DNA of 64,000 nt from Balanoglossus misakiensis (lineage: Eukaryota; Animalia; Hemichordata). The notes beneath the pieces are model-generated. The model made no database searches. It saw nothing but the letters and a program-made list of their open reading frames with translations, and was not told the origin of the DNA. The stretch lies in assembly GCA_040954595.2 (NCBI GenBank), contig CM082577.2, forward strand, positions 13,647,903 through 13,711,902, given 5' to 3'. How positions within the stretch are numbered: the first letter of the stretch is position 1; each line of letters opens with the position of its first letter. A program made the translations under genes and the position numbers. This document shows, piece by piece, positions 52,235-63,438 of this stretch.

Positions 52235-52712
52235 TATGCACTGAAGTATAAGTACTATTATTATACATCCAGTGCCGAGAACAATAGATTTTGGCGTGCA
52301 ATAAAAAGCCGTACGGAACGGTACGTACGGAACGCGCGTTAAATAAGTCTTTAGTTTCAAGGCGCCCCAACTCACCGTGTACAGGTATGCGTTGTTATGC
52401 GGACGGTTTCAAGACACCCCCACTCCAACGCACGTGCGCACACGTAAACAAAAAAGAAAGATGGCTGCTCACTGAGTCAACTGAGCGGTTTTCGATCGAT
52501 TGTATCGGCATTTTGGGCGTTTTGAAAGCCAAGTAACATGCAAAACAAGAACTAACGGAGATGTAAGATGTATAATAATAAGGTTATTACGAAAATACCG
52601 CAATGTATGCACTCGGACATTAGCGCAGCGCATCGCCCTCCGCTACGCGTCGGGCGATACTCAGCGCTAATGTCCTCGTGCATACTTTGCGGTATTTTCG
52701 TAATAACCTCAT
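52235..52712 (-). mobile_element. Crypton-like non-autonomous element with terminal hairpin 52581-52709
   Basis: aggttattacgaaaataccgca...tgcggtattttcgtaataacct palindrome, related to 32849-32992. Left boundary approximate. Confidence 0.55.
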
Positions 52713-53180
52713 ATCATCCCTAATGCAAGTTTTATCCACACAAAGAATAAAGTGGGGCCGCAAAGGAATATGGCCGCCATCGTGTGGAAAGGCAAAATAC
52801 AGTGGAAACGTTGCATTCCCCACTTTGAAACGTCATCAACAAAGCATGATCCATTGAGACATTTTTATTTTGTCATTGCAATATTTCGTAGTTTTTAAAA
52901 TTGCTCGAAATTTCAACTGTACTGATATTTTTTTTTTCAATTTTGTAGAACATTTTGTCAAAAATAAGGTCTATCTTGATATAGTATTGGGCAATATCAT
53001 TTAATTCTTAGAATTAAAAGCCTTTGCAAGATTATCGGAGATATTTAAAGCTTGACACATGTTATTGAGTTGAAGCTCATGGGGCTTTAACAAAGACATG
53101 TATGTGTTCTAAACTAGTCAATAAAATAAGGGAATATTGTTTAGATAACCCTTAATTGCTGTTATTTATTCCATTTCCAG

Positions 53181-53531
53181 GTAGTCTTCAAATTGGTGTT
53201 GAGGGAGTGAAGGAATCAGTGGACAAAATACTCCGACAAATAAAATCATGTAAAGACATACCATGGCTTGAAAAATTTCTACATAATCTAGGAATCGAGT
53301 GTCTCAACATCGGACATAATAGTTTGTCGATAATTGTCCTGTGTCCAAACATCACATCACTGGAATCATTATGGACTTCCTACAAAAATGGTTCTCTTCA
53401 CCAAACTATTCAAATGAATTTGAACGCCATGACGGACCTTAAGATACCGGGCAAAACTATAAGGTTTACAACAGTAATAGAAACTTGGCGATATTTCAGA
53501 TGCAAAGTGGAGTTAACTGTTCTTGGAAAAG
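53181..53531 (+). CDS. Exon 4: TRADD-N-like domain
   Basis: ccatttccag| acceptor, 351 nt, phase 1-1; LGIECLNIGHNSLSIIVLCPNITSLESLWTSYKNGSLHQTI fits the TRADD-N-like signature (..gSl.i.v.C....L..LW..Y..G.L). Confidence 0.78.
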
Positions 53532-53993
53532 GTAAAATACACTTGACATGGATAATCTACCCAGCTACATAAACAATTACAGAAAACATGCTCTTAAGTT
53601 GGTTAACATAAGAAGTATGACATAATTAGTACTGCCTTTTATCTGACAGGTCGGAGGAAGAGTGTGTTTTTCACAACACATGATCAATTCCTCGTTATCG
53701 ACAATTTAGGAAACACAATTCATTTAGTTATCAGTGACTCTGATAAGATCTAACTCCTTTCAAATTATATCTACCATAACTAATAAATTAAGTGATCAAC
53801 ACTTTTATCCATGCACTTTATTAAAACTAAAAGTGCAATGTTGCAACGTAGCCGCATAAATCATCCTGTTAGCACAAAAGTCACATGACCAACATCAAAG
53901 TCTGTCATTTTGGGGTTTCTTGTGTTGCCCATGGGTTCTTTCTGTGTAGTGAAGAGTTCACTTATAATAGTTAATTTTTACCTTGTTCCGCAG

Positions 53994-54160
53994 AGTCAAC
54001 ACTTGCTAACGCCAATGTTGAAATGGCACCAGAATCGTCCCTTTCATTCATCGAAAACATGGTTAAATTGACTGGTTTGGTCTTCGGCGGCTTAATTGCA
54101 GTTACTGTAATGATGTCACTTGTAGTGACAGCGATGATGGTACATGAACTCTTTCAGCTG
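53994..54160 (+). CDS. Candidate exon 5: hydrophobic, transmembrane-like segment
   Basis: ttgttccgcag| acceptor in phase 1; only open frame gives LTGLVFGGLIAVTVMMSLVVTAMMV; CTG|gtaagc donor (phase 0, which does not match the next candidate exon). Confidence 0.5.
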
Positions 54161-54377
54161 GTAAGCTTTATGTCACAGTGGAAGAAATGGTTTTCTAACT
54201 GTTGCTCATATTTGAAACAGTTGTCATTCTTCCACCCTTGACAGAATATCTAAGGCTAATGATGATTTATTGTAAGCCAAACATTAACGGATCTCTTTTC
54301 CGAGTGACAAAGTCACAGTTAGGACTTTCACAATCATTGCATTAGATTTGAACATTTAATGTGAAGGAGTGCACTGG

Positions 54378-54782
54378 TAGTGGGGCAGTTAACCAAAAAA
54401 TCGTGCACTTTGGGTTAAAAGCATGAAACTTGGTACACTTATGCATTGACCCATGACGGCCATTTTCTGATATGGATCCAACATGACAGCGCCCTCTAGT
54501 TGCGAGAAACAGACATTCATACTTTAAAATCGTGCACTTCGGGTTAAAAGCATGAAATTTGGTACAATTATTCATTGACCCATGGCGGACATTTTCCAAT
54601 ATGGATCCCAAAATACGATTTTAAAGTATGAATGTCAGTTTCTGGCCACTAGATGGCACTGTCTTTTGGGATCCATATTGGAAAATGTCCGCCATGAGTC
54701 AATGCTTAACTGTACCAAGTTTCATGCTTTTAACCCAAAGTGCACAATTAAGCCAAAATTTGGGATTTAGCTCCTGAACTAT
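54378..54782. mobile_element. Palindromic MITE-like repeat
   Basis: gtgcactttgggttaaaagcatgaaacttggtaca (54403-54437, again ~54531) is inverted relative to tgtaccaagtttcatgcttttaacccaaagtgcac (54711-54745). Confidence 0.7.
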
Positions 54783-55500
54783 AGTGGGTATACTTGAATA
54801 TTTAATAATGTACTTAGTCTGGAGAGACTTGTTTATTTGGGTCAATATGTCAGTCTGCGTGTAGTTCGAACTAATTGTATTAAAACTTAGTAGAAGTTAA
54901 TGTATCCTTCTGCTCAGGCGCCACTTTAAGGTAACTTTTGTTCTTTCGGAATCGAACTTTCGACTGGTGTTCGCCAACATTTTAAATGTTGGCGCAATTT
55001 ACGCATGTTCCAACTGTAGTCTGTCATATTATATTGTGACTCAGACAAGCATCATCAAATATTATTATGGATTTAAAAATATTCCCTGCTTATATCTGTA
55101 CCTTATTCCGTCCAGAAGAGCAAATTATAAGAACCATTTTCTTTTGACCTCGATTCTCTTGAATTTACCCAAAGGCATACCACATCAACCTACGAGAGAC
55201 GTTAAGCACAAAAGACTCTCAGAAGTCAGACCAAATGGGTGAGTAAAATGCAGTTTTGGATAACAACGTAGGTATGTTCATATTGACGAGAAAAAGAATT
55301 AGTGTGAATACCATTAGTGATATACACCTTTGAGAAAAATATGGGATGTTATCAGACAGACATAAAACTAAATGCTCATGCACCTTTGCAGACGCAACAT
55401 GCCAAGTTTTTATCCATCAAAGAGTTTTAATGGCACATACCGTATAATGTTCCACCTAATCCCAAATTCTCTAAAACTATTTTTTATTTTTATTTTGAAG

Positions 55501-55755
55501 ATACAAAGCTACTGCTGTTCAAAGCTAACCGTGCACCAAGAGGCCTGTCATCAGCAGAAACATACTTGCAACAGATTTGTCATACGGAGAAGTGTACAGT
55601 ACAGGAAGGGCAACACTGTGACATCATACAGTTAGTGGTGCAGTGGACAGGGAAGATTCAGACCATCCTATCATCCAGACCGGAAGTTCTGTCATTACTT
55701 GGAATAACAGAATTCCTTATTATTAAACCAGGCTTTGGAAAAGTGACTAATCGAG
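55501..55755 (+). CDS. Candidate exon 6: unknown globular segment
   Basis: tttattttgaag| acceptor, 255 nt open in phase 1-1 (DTKLLLFKANRAPRGLSSAETYLQQIC...KVTNR), GAG|gtaatt donor. Confidence 0.55.
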
Positions 55756-56242
55756 GTAATTGTGATGGTATTCAATAGCACAACACATTTCAAAGTCCCG
55801 GAACATTCAGGGATGCTTGCAAGCGAGACCTCTTTGCCCATGCATTCATTTAGGTTGAGTTATGATATGGCACATCACTTTTGCTAGTGCAGTGAAGCGG
55901 CTGTTATCAGTTAAAGAATACATGTATGTACTATCATGAGTACTCGCCTATACCAGGAGAATTCAGAACTGTGCCTACGGGATGACCAGTACAATAGTGC
56001 ATTATCTGTTATCTTGAGTAAATTTCCCAGAAAATTCAGAACTGGGAGTTGGTTGAAGGACAAAAAGCTTACTAATTTTTGTTTCAAATCTCTAGGCTGA
56101 ACTGCTAATGATCCCATGACTTTACGAGTTATATTCAGGTTTATTTTGTAACATATCCAAACGTCCCAACATGATGGCATGTTCTTCAAAAGCTTCACAA
56201 TGACAAAGTGAAATATATATGACAAACCATCTTTGTTTACAG

Positions 56243-56794
56243 GCCTGGCAGAACAATTGCACAGCCATGGGTGTAAACTACGTCCCGTGTCATCAAAAAA
56301 GGAGACACTCAGTTTACTAGCTCAAAGCTTGATTCGCTGTGAATTAGGTTGTTCAAAGCGGTAAAGGTACCACACTCAGTATCTGCTAGATCTGCATGTA
56401 GCGAAGACAGTTCGGTGCGAGGTGTTGATCCTTGAGTTAAAACAAAAACAAGGCCTCGTAAACCAGCTTCAGGAAAAACTCTCGGAAGCGGAAATTACAA
56501 TCGGTGAATTGGAACATAAAACACATGCACAGTCTGTGGCAAACAAACAACTAGAAGAGAAGCTAAGTGACGCTGTGCTTGAAAAGAGCAATCTAGAGAG
56601 ACAGCTCACTGATGCTAAACAGGAAGTAGCCACAGTAAAGGATCTGTACAAAGCAAAACAAAAAGAACTTGACAAAGCAGATTCACTATTAACAGGTCAG
56701 CTTGTTCTGCTAAGTGAAGTGTCAAGAAACGTTAAGGCCACACTCTTAGAAGACACTTTTGGTGAACAAGAAGAGGAAATTGTCAAAAAGACAG
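56243..56794 (+). CDS. Exon 7: coiled-coil region, contains an in-frame TAA at 56362-56364
   Basis: tttgtttacag| acceptor, 552 nt, phase 1-1, ACAG|gtaagg donor; heptad-rich LVNQLQEKLSEAEITIGELE...; one premature stop. Confidence 0.65.
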
Positions 56795-58466
56795 GTAAGG
56801 GACAACAGAGAAACCTATATTGGGAATTCTATTGATTCCATTCAGTAAAGCCCGCGATGACAAATGATGCCAGGGGCAAACCTGAATTGCATGGATGTTA
56901 TAATAAGTGAAAAATCTCCAGCAATACTTTCTTTGGCATTTCCAAGCGCCATCTCTCTACTCCAAACAGATGCTTTATTAATGACCTGGTAGGAGGAAAG
57001 ATTGACATTCTGGGGTAAAATGTCAGTGCACAAAACATCTTGGGGTGAGCACCAAATATGGCCGGTAATCTGATATCATATTTCCCAGAGAATAACACTG
57101 GTGTACAACAGAAATATGACACCAGCCATCCAGAATATAATACTACTGTAAAATTGTTGTTTAAAGCACTGACTTGAAATATTATTAAACATCCTATGAA
57201 CAACAAGTATACAAAGCATTGTTCTTTAGGCATTGTGGCGTTTGCTGCATTTTAATTTTACTGCTAGGTGAACATGACACGTTCCCATGAGACTCGATGG
57301 GAAAAAGCGCCCTCACATCCGTGCAGGTTTTTTTTATTTTGCTACCGGGCAGGTGACCATATTTGGAAGACGCGTTCAATATCAGGATCTTCTTCTGTTT
57401 TTATTTCGCGAGATTCAAAAGTTGTCATTGCTACGTTCTGAATTCCATTTGTCTGGTGTCAGTGACTATTATAACACACCATGCAGCGAACCCTTGATCG
57501 TGATTTGTCAATACGCCGTCATGTGACCTTATTCATTTCGAACTGTTCCTTAGGGCATCAGTTCGATCGGTTTCTGCCCGGTACTGTTGCCTGGATGTGG
57601 TGTGTGTCGTGTTTGGTGTGTTATAAAACACATGATAACTGACATATTCGGGCAACAGTGTATTTTGATGACCGGGGGCGCTGCTAGTCACAACTAAAAC
57701 AGTCTTGTTTTCCCGAGGGCACACACTATTTTGGTGTGACTGGCAGTCCCGAGGTGTATAGTGTTGCACTTGCAGTGTGTGATGTCCATGCCCGGCGTCC
57801 ATGGTGTATGCCGCTAATACCGAATCATCCTCTCCCCTTATCACTGCATGTTGTAGAGCTTTATTTGGAAATATGATCATCTTAGTAATATGGATGATTT
57901 GATCAGATTAATGTGTGACTGTCAGCGTCGGTCGTTGCGAGGAGAAAATAATATCTCGTTCGCGCTCGGCTGTGTGAGTTTGAGCGCGTCTATATCTCAG
58001 GTGCAATAGAATGTAAACAAATGACATCATGCGTATCATTCCGCAAGAGTTCGACGAATACGGCTCTATGCTACGTGATTGATCATTTCAAAACGATAGA
58101 TGAATACATAATATTTACATTAAAAAATATTACAGAATGTGTTTTTTATTAATTTCTTGTATAATATCATTCAATAATGCATACCATAAAACCTTTACGG
58201 CCCAGATGCGGTCAGTCGCTTCCGCCGTACCACCGAGGTGCTGCGAAACCCGTATCAGGGCCGTAAAAATTGTTAAGAAGGTGTAATTTGGAGACAGCGA
58301 GCGATTCAAACTTGAATATCTTGTGATAGAGAATAACATGAAAAGACCACTATTTGGGCTTGAAATGTTTCAGGCAAATGGTCTCTTATTTCAAGTGAAT
58401 GTCCATATGGGGAGCCTGTTCTCAGCTGTATTTAAAAAAAATACGTCTTACAGAAAAGTATATAAA

Positions 58467-58811
58467 GGGACAAAGTCTCTCTCTCGCAGGCCTTTTCCCA
58501 TTAATTATGTTTGATACAAGACACTGTTCATGTCATTCAACATGTGGATATATAGTGAATCAACATTCAACAACACACAACGTCCATCCCGTTTATAGGA
58601 TATGAGAGTAAAAATCCCGCCAAAATGAATAAATGGTAAACACCGAGTATTCATTTTGATGAGTTTTTCACTCTCGTGTCTACAAGTTGCATGGAAGTTG
58701 TGTGTGGTTGAACGTTGATTCACTATATATCCACATCCAGAATAATATAAACAGTGTCTTGTATTGAATATAATTAATGGAAAAGGGGCAGTGAGAGAGA
58801 GACTTTGTCCC
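58467..58811. mobile_element. Foldback MITE
   Basis: gggacaaagtctctctctc...tgtggatatatagtgaatcaac is inverted relative to gttgattcactatatatccaca...gagagagagactttgtccc. Confidence 0.75.
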
Positions 58812-59027
58812 TTGATATTAATTATATTTCTTTTCTAGTCAATTTTTTTTACATTTTGACAGTTTGTTTCTGAAGACTTTCAGCCTGACCTATGCGTGGC
58901 CTATGACATATGTCAGGGTGTTTTTTCATAGCCAATTCTAAATCATACTGGAGCACTGTAACTGATTTAACTGACTTCCAAAATAACTAATAACACAGCT
59001 ACTTTCTGAATACTTCTTTTTCTCCAG

Positions 59028-59177
59028 ATCAACAACATAAAGATCAGCGATCCCAGTCAAAGGAAAAAGGCAGTGGTGCTGAGTCGGATCAAAAAGTATC
59101 AGCTGATGAAGAACCACAACCTATTGGCTGTACAGAGCACATTACTGAGAGGCAACGACTCGGGGGTGAAATGGAAG
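59028..59177 (+). CDS. Exon 8: acidic/polar linker
   Basis: ttcttttttctccag| acceptor, 150 nt open, phase 1-1, GAAG|gtgaga donor. Confidence 0.7.
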
Positions 59178-62100
59178 GTGAGAGTTGTATGGAAATCAAC
59201 ACTTTTCACGAGAGGTTCGATATGAGTGACTTTTACACCTGTCATCAGACTAAATTGTGGAATATACTGCAATATTGAATGCTAAACTGATGTAGCTTGC
59301 TTGAAACCCTGGTTAAGGAGACTCCATACATTCCAAGAATATCACATATAAATAAATCAATACAATATTTTCAGCATTTAATTTAAGACTCAAAGGAAAG
59401 TAAACTTTTTCCACATTACATATAAAGACAAGTCTGACTAAACCTGTTTTGTGCTTTTTAGTTGACAACTCATTTACAACGATAGGGACACTGAACGTCT
59501 TTTCCGTATATTTAAAAAGTGTGAATGGCAACTTTGTTCTGTTTTTGATTTACAATTAGATCATGACCTATTTCTGTTAGCAAGAATAGTAGCATTGGGG
59601 TAAATTTCCCGTGAAAATTACAATAACATCAAATTGTATCGCTTCCTATATCTCTTACAGAGACCGATTCATATTGAAAAAATGCGTAACATTAACATGG
59701 CGAGTTTTTAAAAGAGCAAACAATTAGACAATAAGTTTGTCGCATACTCAATAGCCTGGACACTTATTTCATGCAGTCTGATACAAACTGTGTTCCTAGG
59801 TCACTCAGGATTTCTTCGGGGACTCCCGTACGACTAAACATGTCAACCAAAGCCTCAGCTACCGTTTGGGTGTCGATGTTCTTTAAAGGCACGGCATCCG
59901 CATATCTCCTAGCATGGTCTATACTGGTGACCCTTCTCTGATGGAGGCGATATCTTCGCCATGATATCTACAGACACTCTTTTAAAAGGGATGTCATTCA
60001 GTGGAGCTTTCTCCAGGGGAACTTTAGTTACCTTTCCCTTACTGATGGTTCTTTGACAGACATCACAGGATCTGCAAAATCACGACACTTCTCCATCAAT
60101 CGCTGGCCAATAAAAACTGCTGAGAATCTTGTCAGTGGTTTTCTTAATCCCCATATGCCCTCCGGTTATCCAATCGTGCGCCAACTCCATCACTTGGTGT
60201 CGTAAAGAAGTAGGAAGCACAACTTGGAACATTGGGTTTCCATTGTTTACTTTCTAATGTTGATATACTCGATACAGGATGTTGTCTCGGACGTCAAAAT
60301 ACACCGACCTCGACCCTCGAGACTATGGCTCAGTTTGTCCCCGTATTTTGTTCAATGATTCGTCCGCTTTTTGCAGCTTGATCAATTCATCCTGAGACAC
60401 CTCTTTGTGGCCTTCTGTCCCAAAGGATTAGTCTTATTTGGTTTCTTTGCCTGTGCTCTAGTCGTTACAGCACAGCTTTCTTGCCATAATGGATATGGAT
60501 AATTTGGATGGCGTGCGCCATCAATATTACCAATCAGAAGGTCGTATGCTGCATCAGGTAAGCAAGTGGCCTCCACCTCTCCTTTGTAGTAAGGGGTATC
60601 CACTTTGACCTTAGCCGTTGGTGCTTTTCGGAAGGTGTTATCAGCGAGTCTCATAACTACCATATTTCCTGTATACTGATCTCTCCTCACGAACCGATCT
60701 TTGAAAATCACAACATTGCAACCAGTGTCTCGTAAAGTGTCATCTGCGAACTCACTTACTCGAACACTTTTCGAACACTTTTCATTACAACAGAGGCCCT
60801 CAAACACGGTACCGCTGACCCATTAGCCAGTTGGAGTTGACCATCGGATATACACTCTTCCACTTTACTGGTAGGACAAGAGATCTTACAATAGGAAGAC
60901 ACTTGTTGCTCCACGTCTCTGGAAGTTGTCTCTGGAAGGAAAATATAATGCCTCAGCGGTGTACATTTACTTCCATGAGCTCATGTGGATGAGATCATGT
61001 TTTGTTTATGAAGTTTCATAACCGGAAATGCAAAATTTTCATTGTTTCTTGCATTTTCCCACGGTGGCGACTATATTCGCTTGCGGCAAAGGTTTATTAT
61101 TTATCTGGTTAAAACTTGCATATGCACTCATATTTAGAGTTTATAATGCTTGTGTATAGTTCACTGCCTTCATCCACATGGACTAATGGTAGTACCGTTT
61201 GAAACAAAAATTATGATAATTATCCCAAAAGTTGCAGCTTATGTGCCTTTAATGGCTTTCAGTTTCCTACAGTCTCTTGTTTCGTGAGAGGTACGATCAC
61301 AAATTGCACATCGCATGGAGTTGCTTGACGCTGACTTTCTTGCGGGACAGGATGCATACAAATGTCCTACCTGGTCACAATTATAGCAATGAGATTTTTG
61401 CGATGTTTTTCCTTGTCCGTCTTTAATTTCCCTCTGGACTCTATGCTGAGGTGAAAATCGTTGCCTTCTGACAGGTGGTTTGTCTTTAGAGGGACAGTTC
61501 ACCTCCAAGTGTAGCTTGGTATTATGTGCAGCAATATAGTGGTATGCATATTTGGCCAAGTCTTCCAAATTTTGTGGACCCTTTTCTTTCAAATGGGTTT
61601 CAAGGGCTGGTGACACAGAATTCAGAAACTGTTCTTTATGAACAACTCTCGAAGACCTTCAAACGTTTCTGGGGTGCTGGATTGATCCATCCATTTCTTC
61701 AGAACATTACGCAGCGTAAATAAATACTGCTCTAAATTCTCCCCTTCTTGTAGGGTCTCCCTGAATCTGCGCTGAAAACCCTCTTCTGACATTAAGTCAT
61801 ACCTTTTATACAAGGCTCTTTTGAGACAGTAATGCCGCTGTGTCCGACAAACCACTGTATACTCTCAGTGCGTTACCCGTCAGTAGAGTGCTGAGGTAAG
61901 ATGCCCATTTCTCTCTTGCCCAGCGGTTGTCTTCAGCAAATCTTTCAAAACTTCTTAGATATGCATCTATTTCGTCCTTCCCACCTAGAAATCGCGGCAA
62001 ACTAGGAGCTTTTCCCTTTACTCTGCCAGTGATGACAGGTTCAGTGATGACAGTACCAGTTTTCCACTTGACTGCTGTACACAAATTTCATCCGTATATA

Positions 62101-62210
62101 AACGGGCTTCTGCTGCTGACAATTCACTGTGTCATAGCACTGCGAATGTTCGTTATCTGGTGAAACAGCACCAATCTGGTGATATTCTTCCTCCAGTAAA
62201 ACCGTACCAA

Positions 62211-62227
62211 TCCTGGCAGGCTCGCCA
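62211..62227 (-). other. Primer-binding site complementary to tRNA-Arg(ACG) 3' end
   Basis: TGGCGAGCCTGCCAGGA, 2 nt inside the LTR end. Confidence 0.8.
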
Positions 62228-62229
62228 AT

Positions 62230-62736
62230 TGTCACAATACAAGCGTTGCGCTGTCGTCAGGAGTAGATTCGCAGACCGCCACAACGTAGTGACCTCCAGG
62301 TTCTTTTATATTGGTTGGTGTAACACTGAAGGAGACACACAGGATATCGCAATAGCAAGTCTTCACCATGAAAACACCAGTGAACTTTATTCACTCTGCT
62401 GATACAATCGCTCAACGCGACTCCAGAACAAATCCAGAACTGCGCACCGAACTCAAACTTCGCTCTAAATTTATAGTCAACTCGTTACTAAAAATAAGTA
62501 TGACATCATATCTAAAAATAAAAATATGATGTAACTTTCTAAAATTAACCACTCTAGAAACTTCATGAATGTTCTAACAGGGTCTAATCAATTCCAACTT
62601 GACATTCAAATGACCTTCTAGAATATTCCTAAAATTTCTAATACATTCCAATGTACAACATGTAAACTACATCACAAGTTACTACAAACTGTAAATAGAA
62701 ATATATATAATAATGAAATAACAATGTCTTGTGACA
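62230..62736 (-). repeat. 5' LTR (507 bp)
   Basis: TGTCACAA...TTGTGACA inverted termini; TATAAA on the minus strand near 62468-62474. Confidence 0.88.
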
Positions 62737-62906
62737 CAGTGCATATCAAATGAAAAACAGACTTGGAAGGCTCATATTGTAGTTGAAACCTAAGAAATGT
62801 ACAGTTTCAAGCTTGACTTATAATTGTTACACTATATACTGGTGCATTCATTTATTGTCAACATCACTCTCAGAAAAATAACTCCCCTAAAATATCTGCA
62901 TTTCAG

Positions 62907-62953
62907 AGGATATCAACGACCAACGATTCCTTCTGTTCATTGCTGCTAATGAG
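62907..62953 (+). CDS. Exon 9: short exon preceding ZU5
   Basis: ctgcatttcag| acceptor; 47 nt converts phase 1 to 0, as exon 63148 requires; GAG|gtaggc donor. Confidence 0.6.
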
Positions 62954-63147
62954 GTAGGCATGACGATTGAAGTAAAATCATTTTATTTGAAATTACATAC
63001 AATAGCCCTAGTCTATGGAACTTTGCTTTTGCTTGCAAATGCTTTTTAGGTTTATGACAGAATTTAGTTTACACTTTAACCTTCAAAAGTGAAGATTTCC
63101 AGACCTGTTTCTGATTTATAATGATTGCTTTTTTCCCCTTTATAAAG

Positions 63148-63438
63148 GAAAAATGTTCCTACAAATTACCATGTGGATTTTCACTCGAGGTCCCACCAGA
63201 ATGTGTGGAAGAAGACACAGCATTGTTGGTCACATGTAACAAGAACGTCACCAAGGTCCCTCTTGCAGACTTTGAATGGTACGAGTCAGATGTCCTTGAT
63301 TTTGCGGCAGATCACATTAAACTGAAGAAACCCGTCTACCTGGTGAGGAAATGTCTAAATGTTCAGCCCTTTGAGAGAGAACAGATCATCCTGACAAGCA
63401 AAAATGGTAAAACATGGGAAGAGTTAAACACTGTTGAA
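63148..63438 (+). CDS. Exon 10: ZU5 domain
   Basis: CGFSLEVPPECV...VPLADFEWYESDVLDF...KLKKPVYL...REQIILTSKNGKTWEEL fits ZU5; ttttcccctttataaag| acceptor and GAA|gtaagt donor, phase 0; next acceptor ttcag| at 63984 continues past the window. Confidence 0.8.

Larger units (their letters stand above)
59770..62736 (-). mobile_element. 3'-truncated Gmr1-type Gypsy LTR retrotransposon (LTR-PBS-gag-PR-INT)
   Basis: LTR 62230-62736; PBS; gag (LPRF..KDEIDAYLRSFERFA; CYNCDQVGHLYASC; CAICDRTSHETRDC), protease LRDTGC, AVTTRAQA, then integrase (AH..GGHMG, CRSCDVCQ, ILSDLGTQF) with no RT in between. Confidence 0.9.

Noticed and set aside
55116-55238. Possible additional exon of the GT4 gene
   Set aside because: Good splice signals but open only in phase 2-2, incompatible with neighbours; left out of the model.
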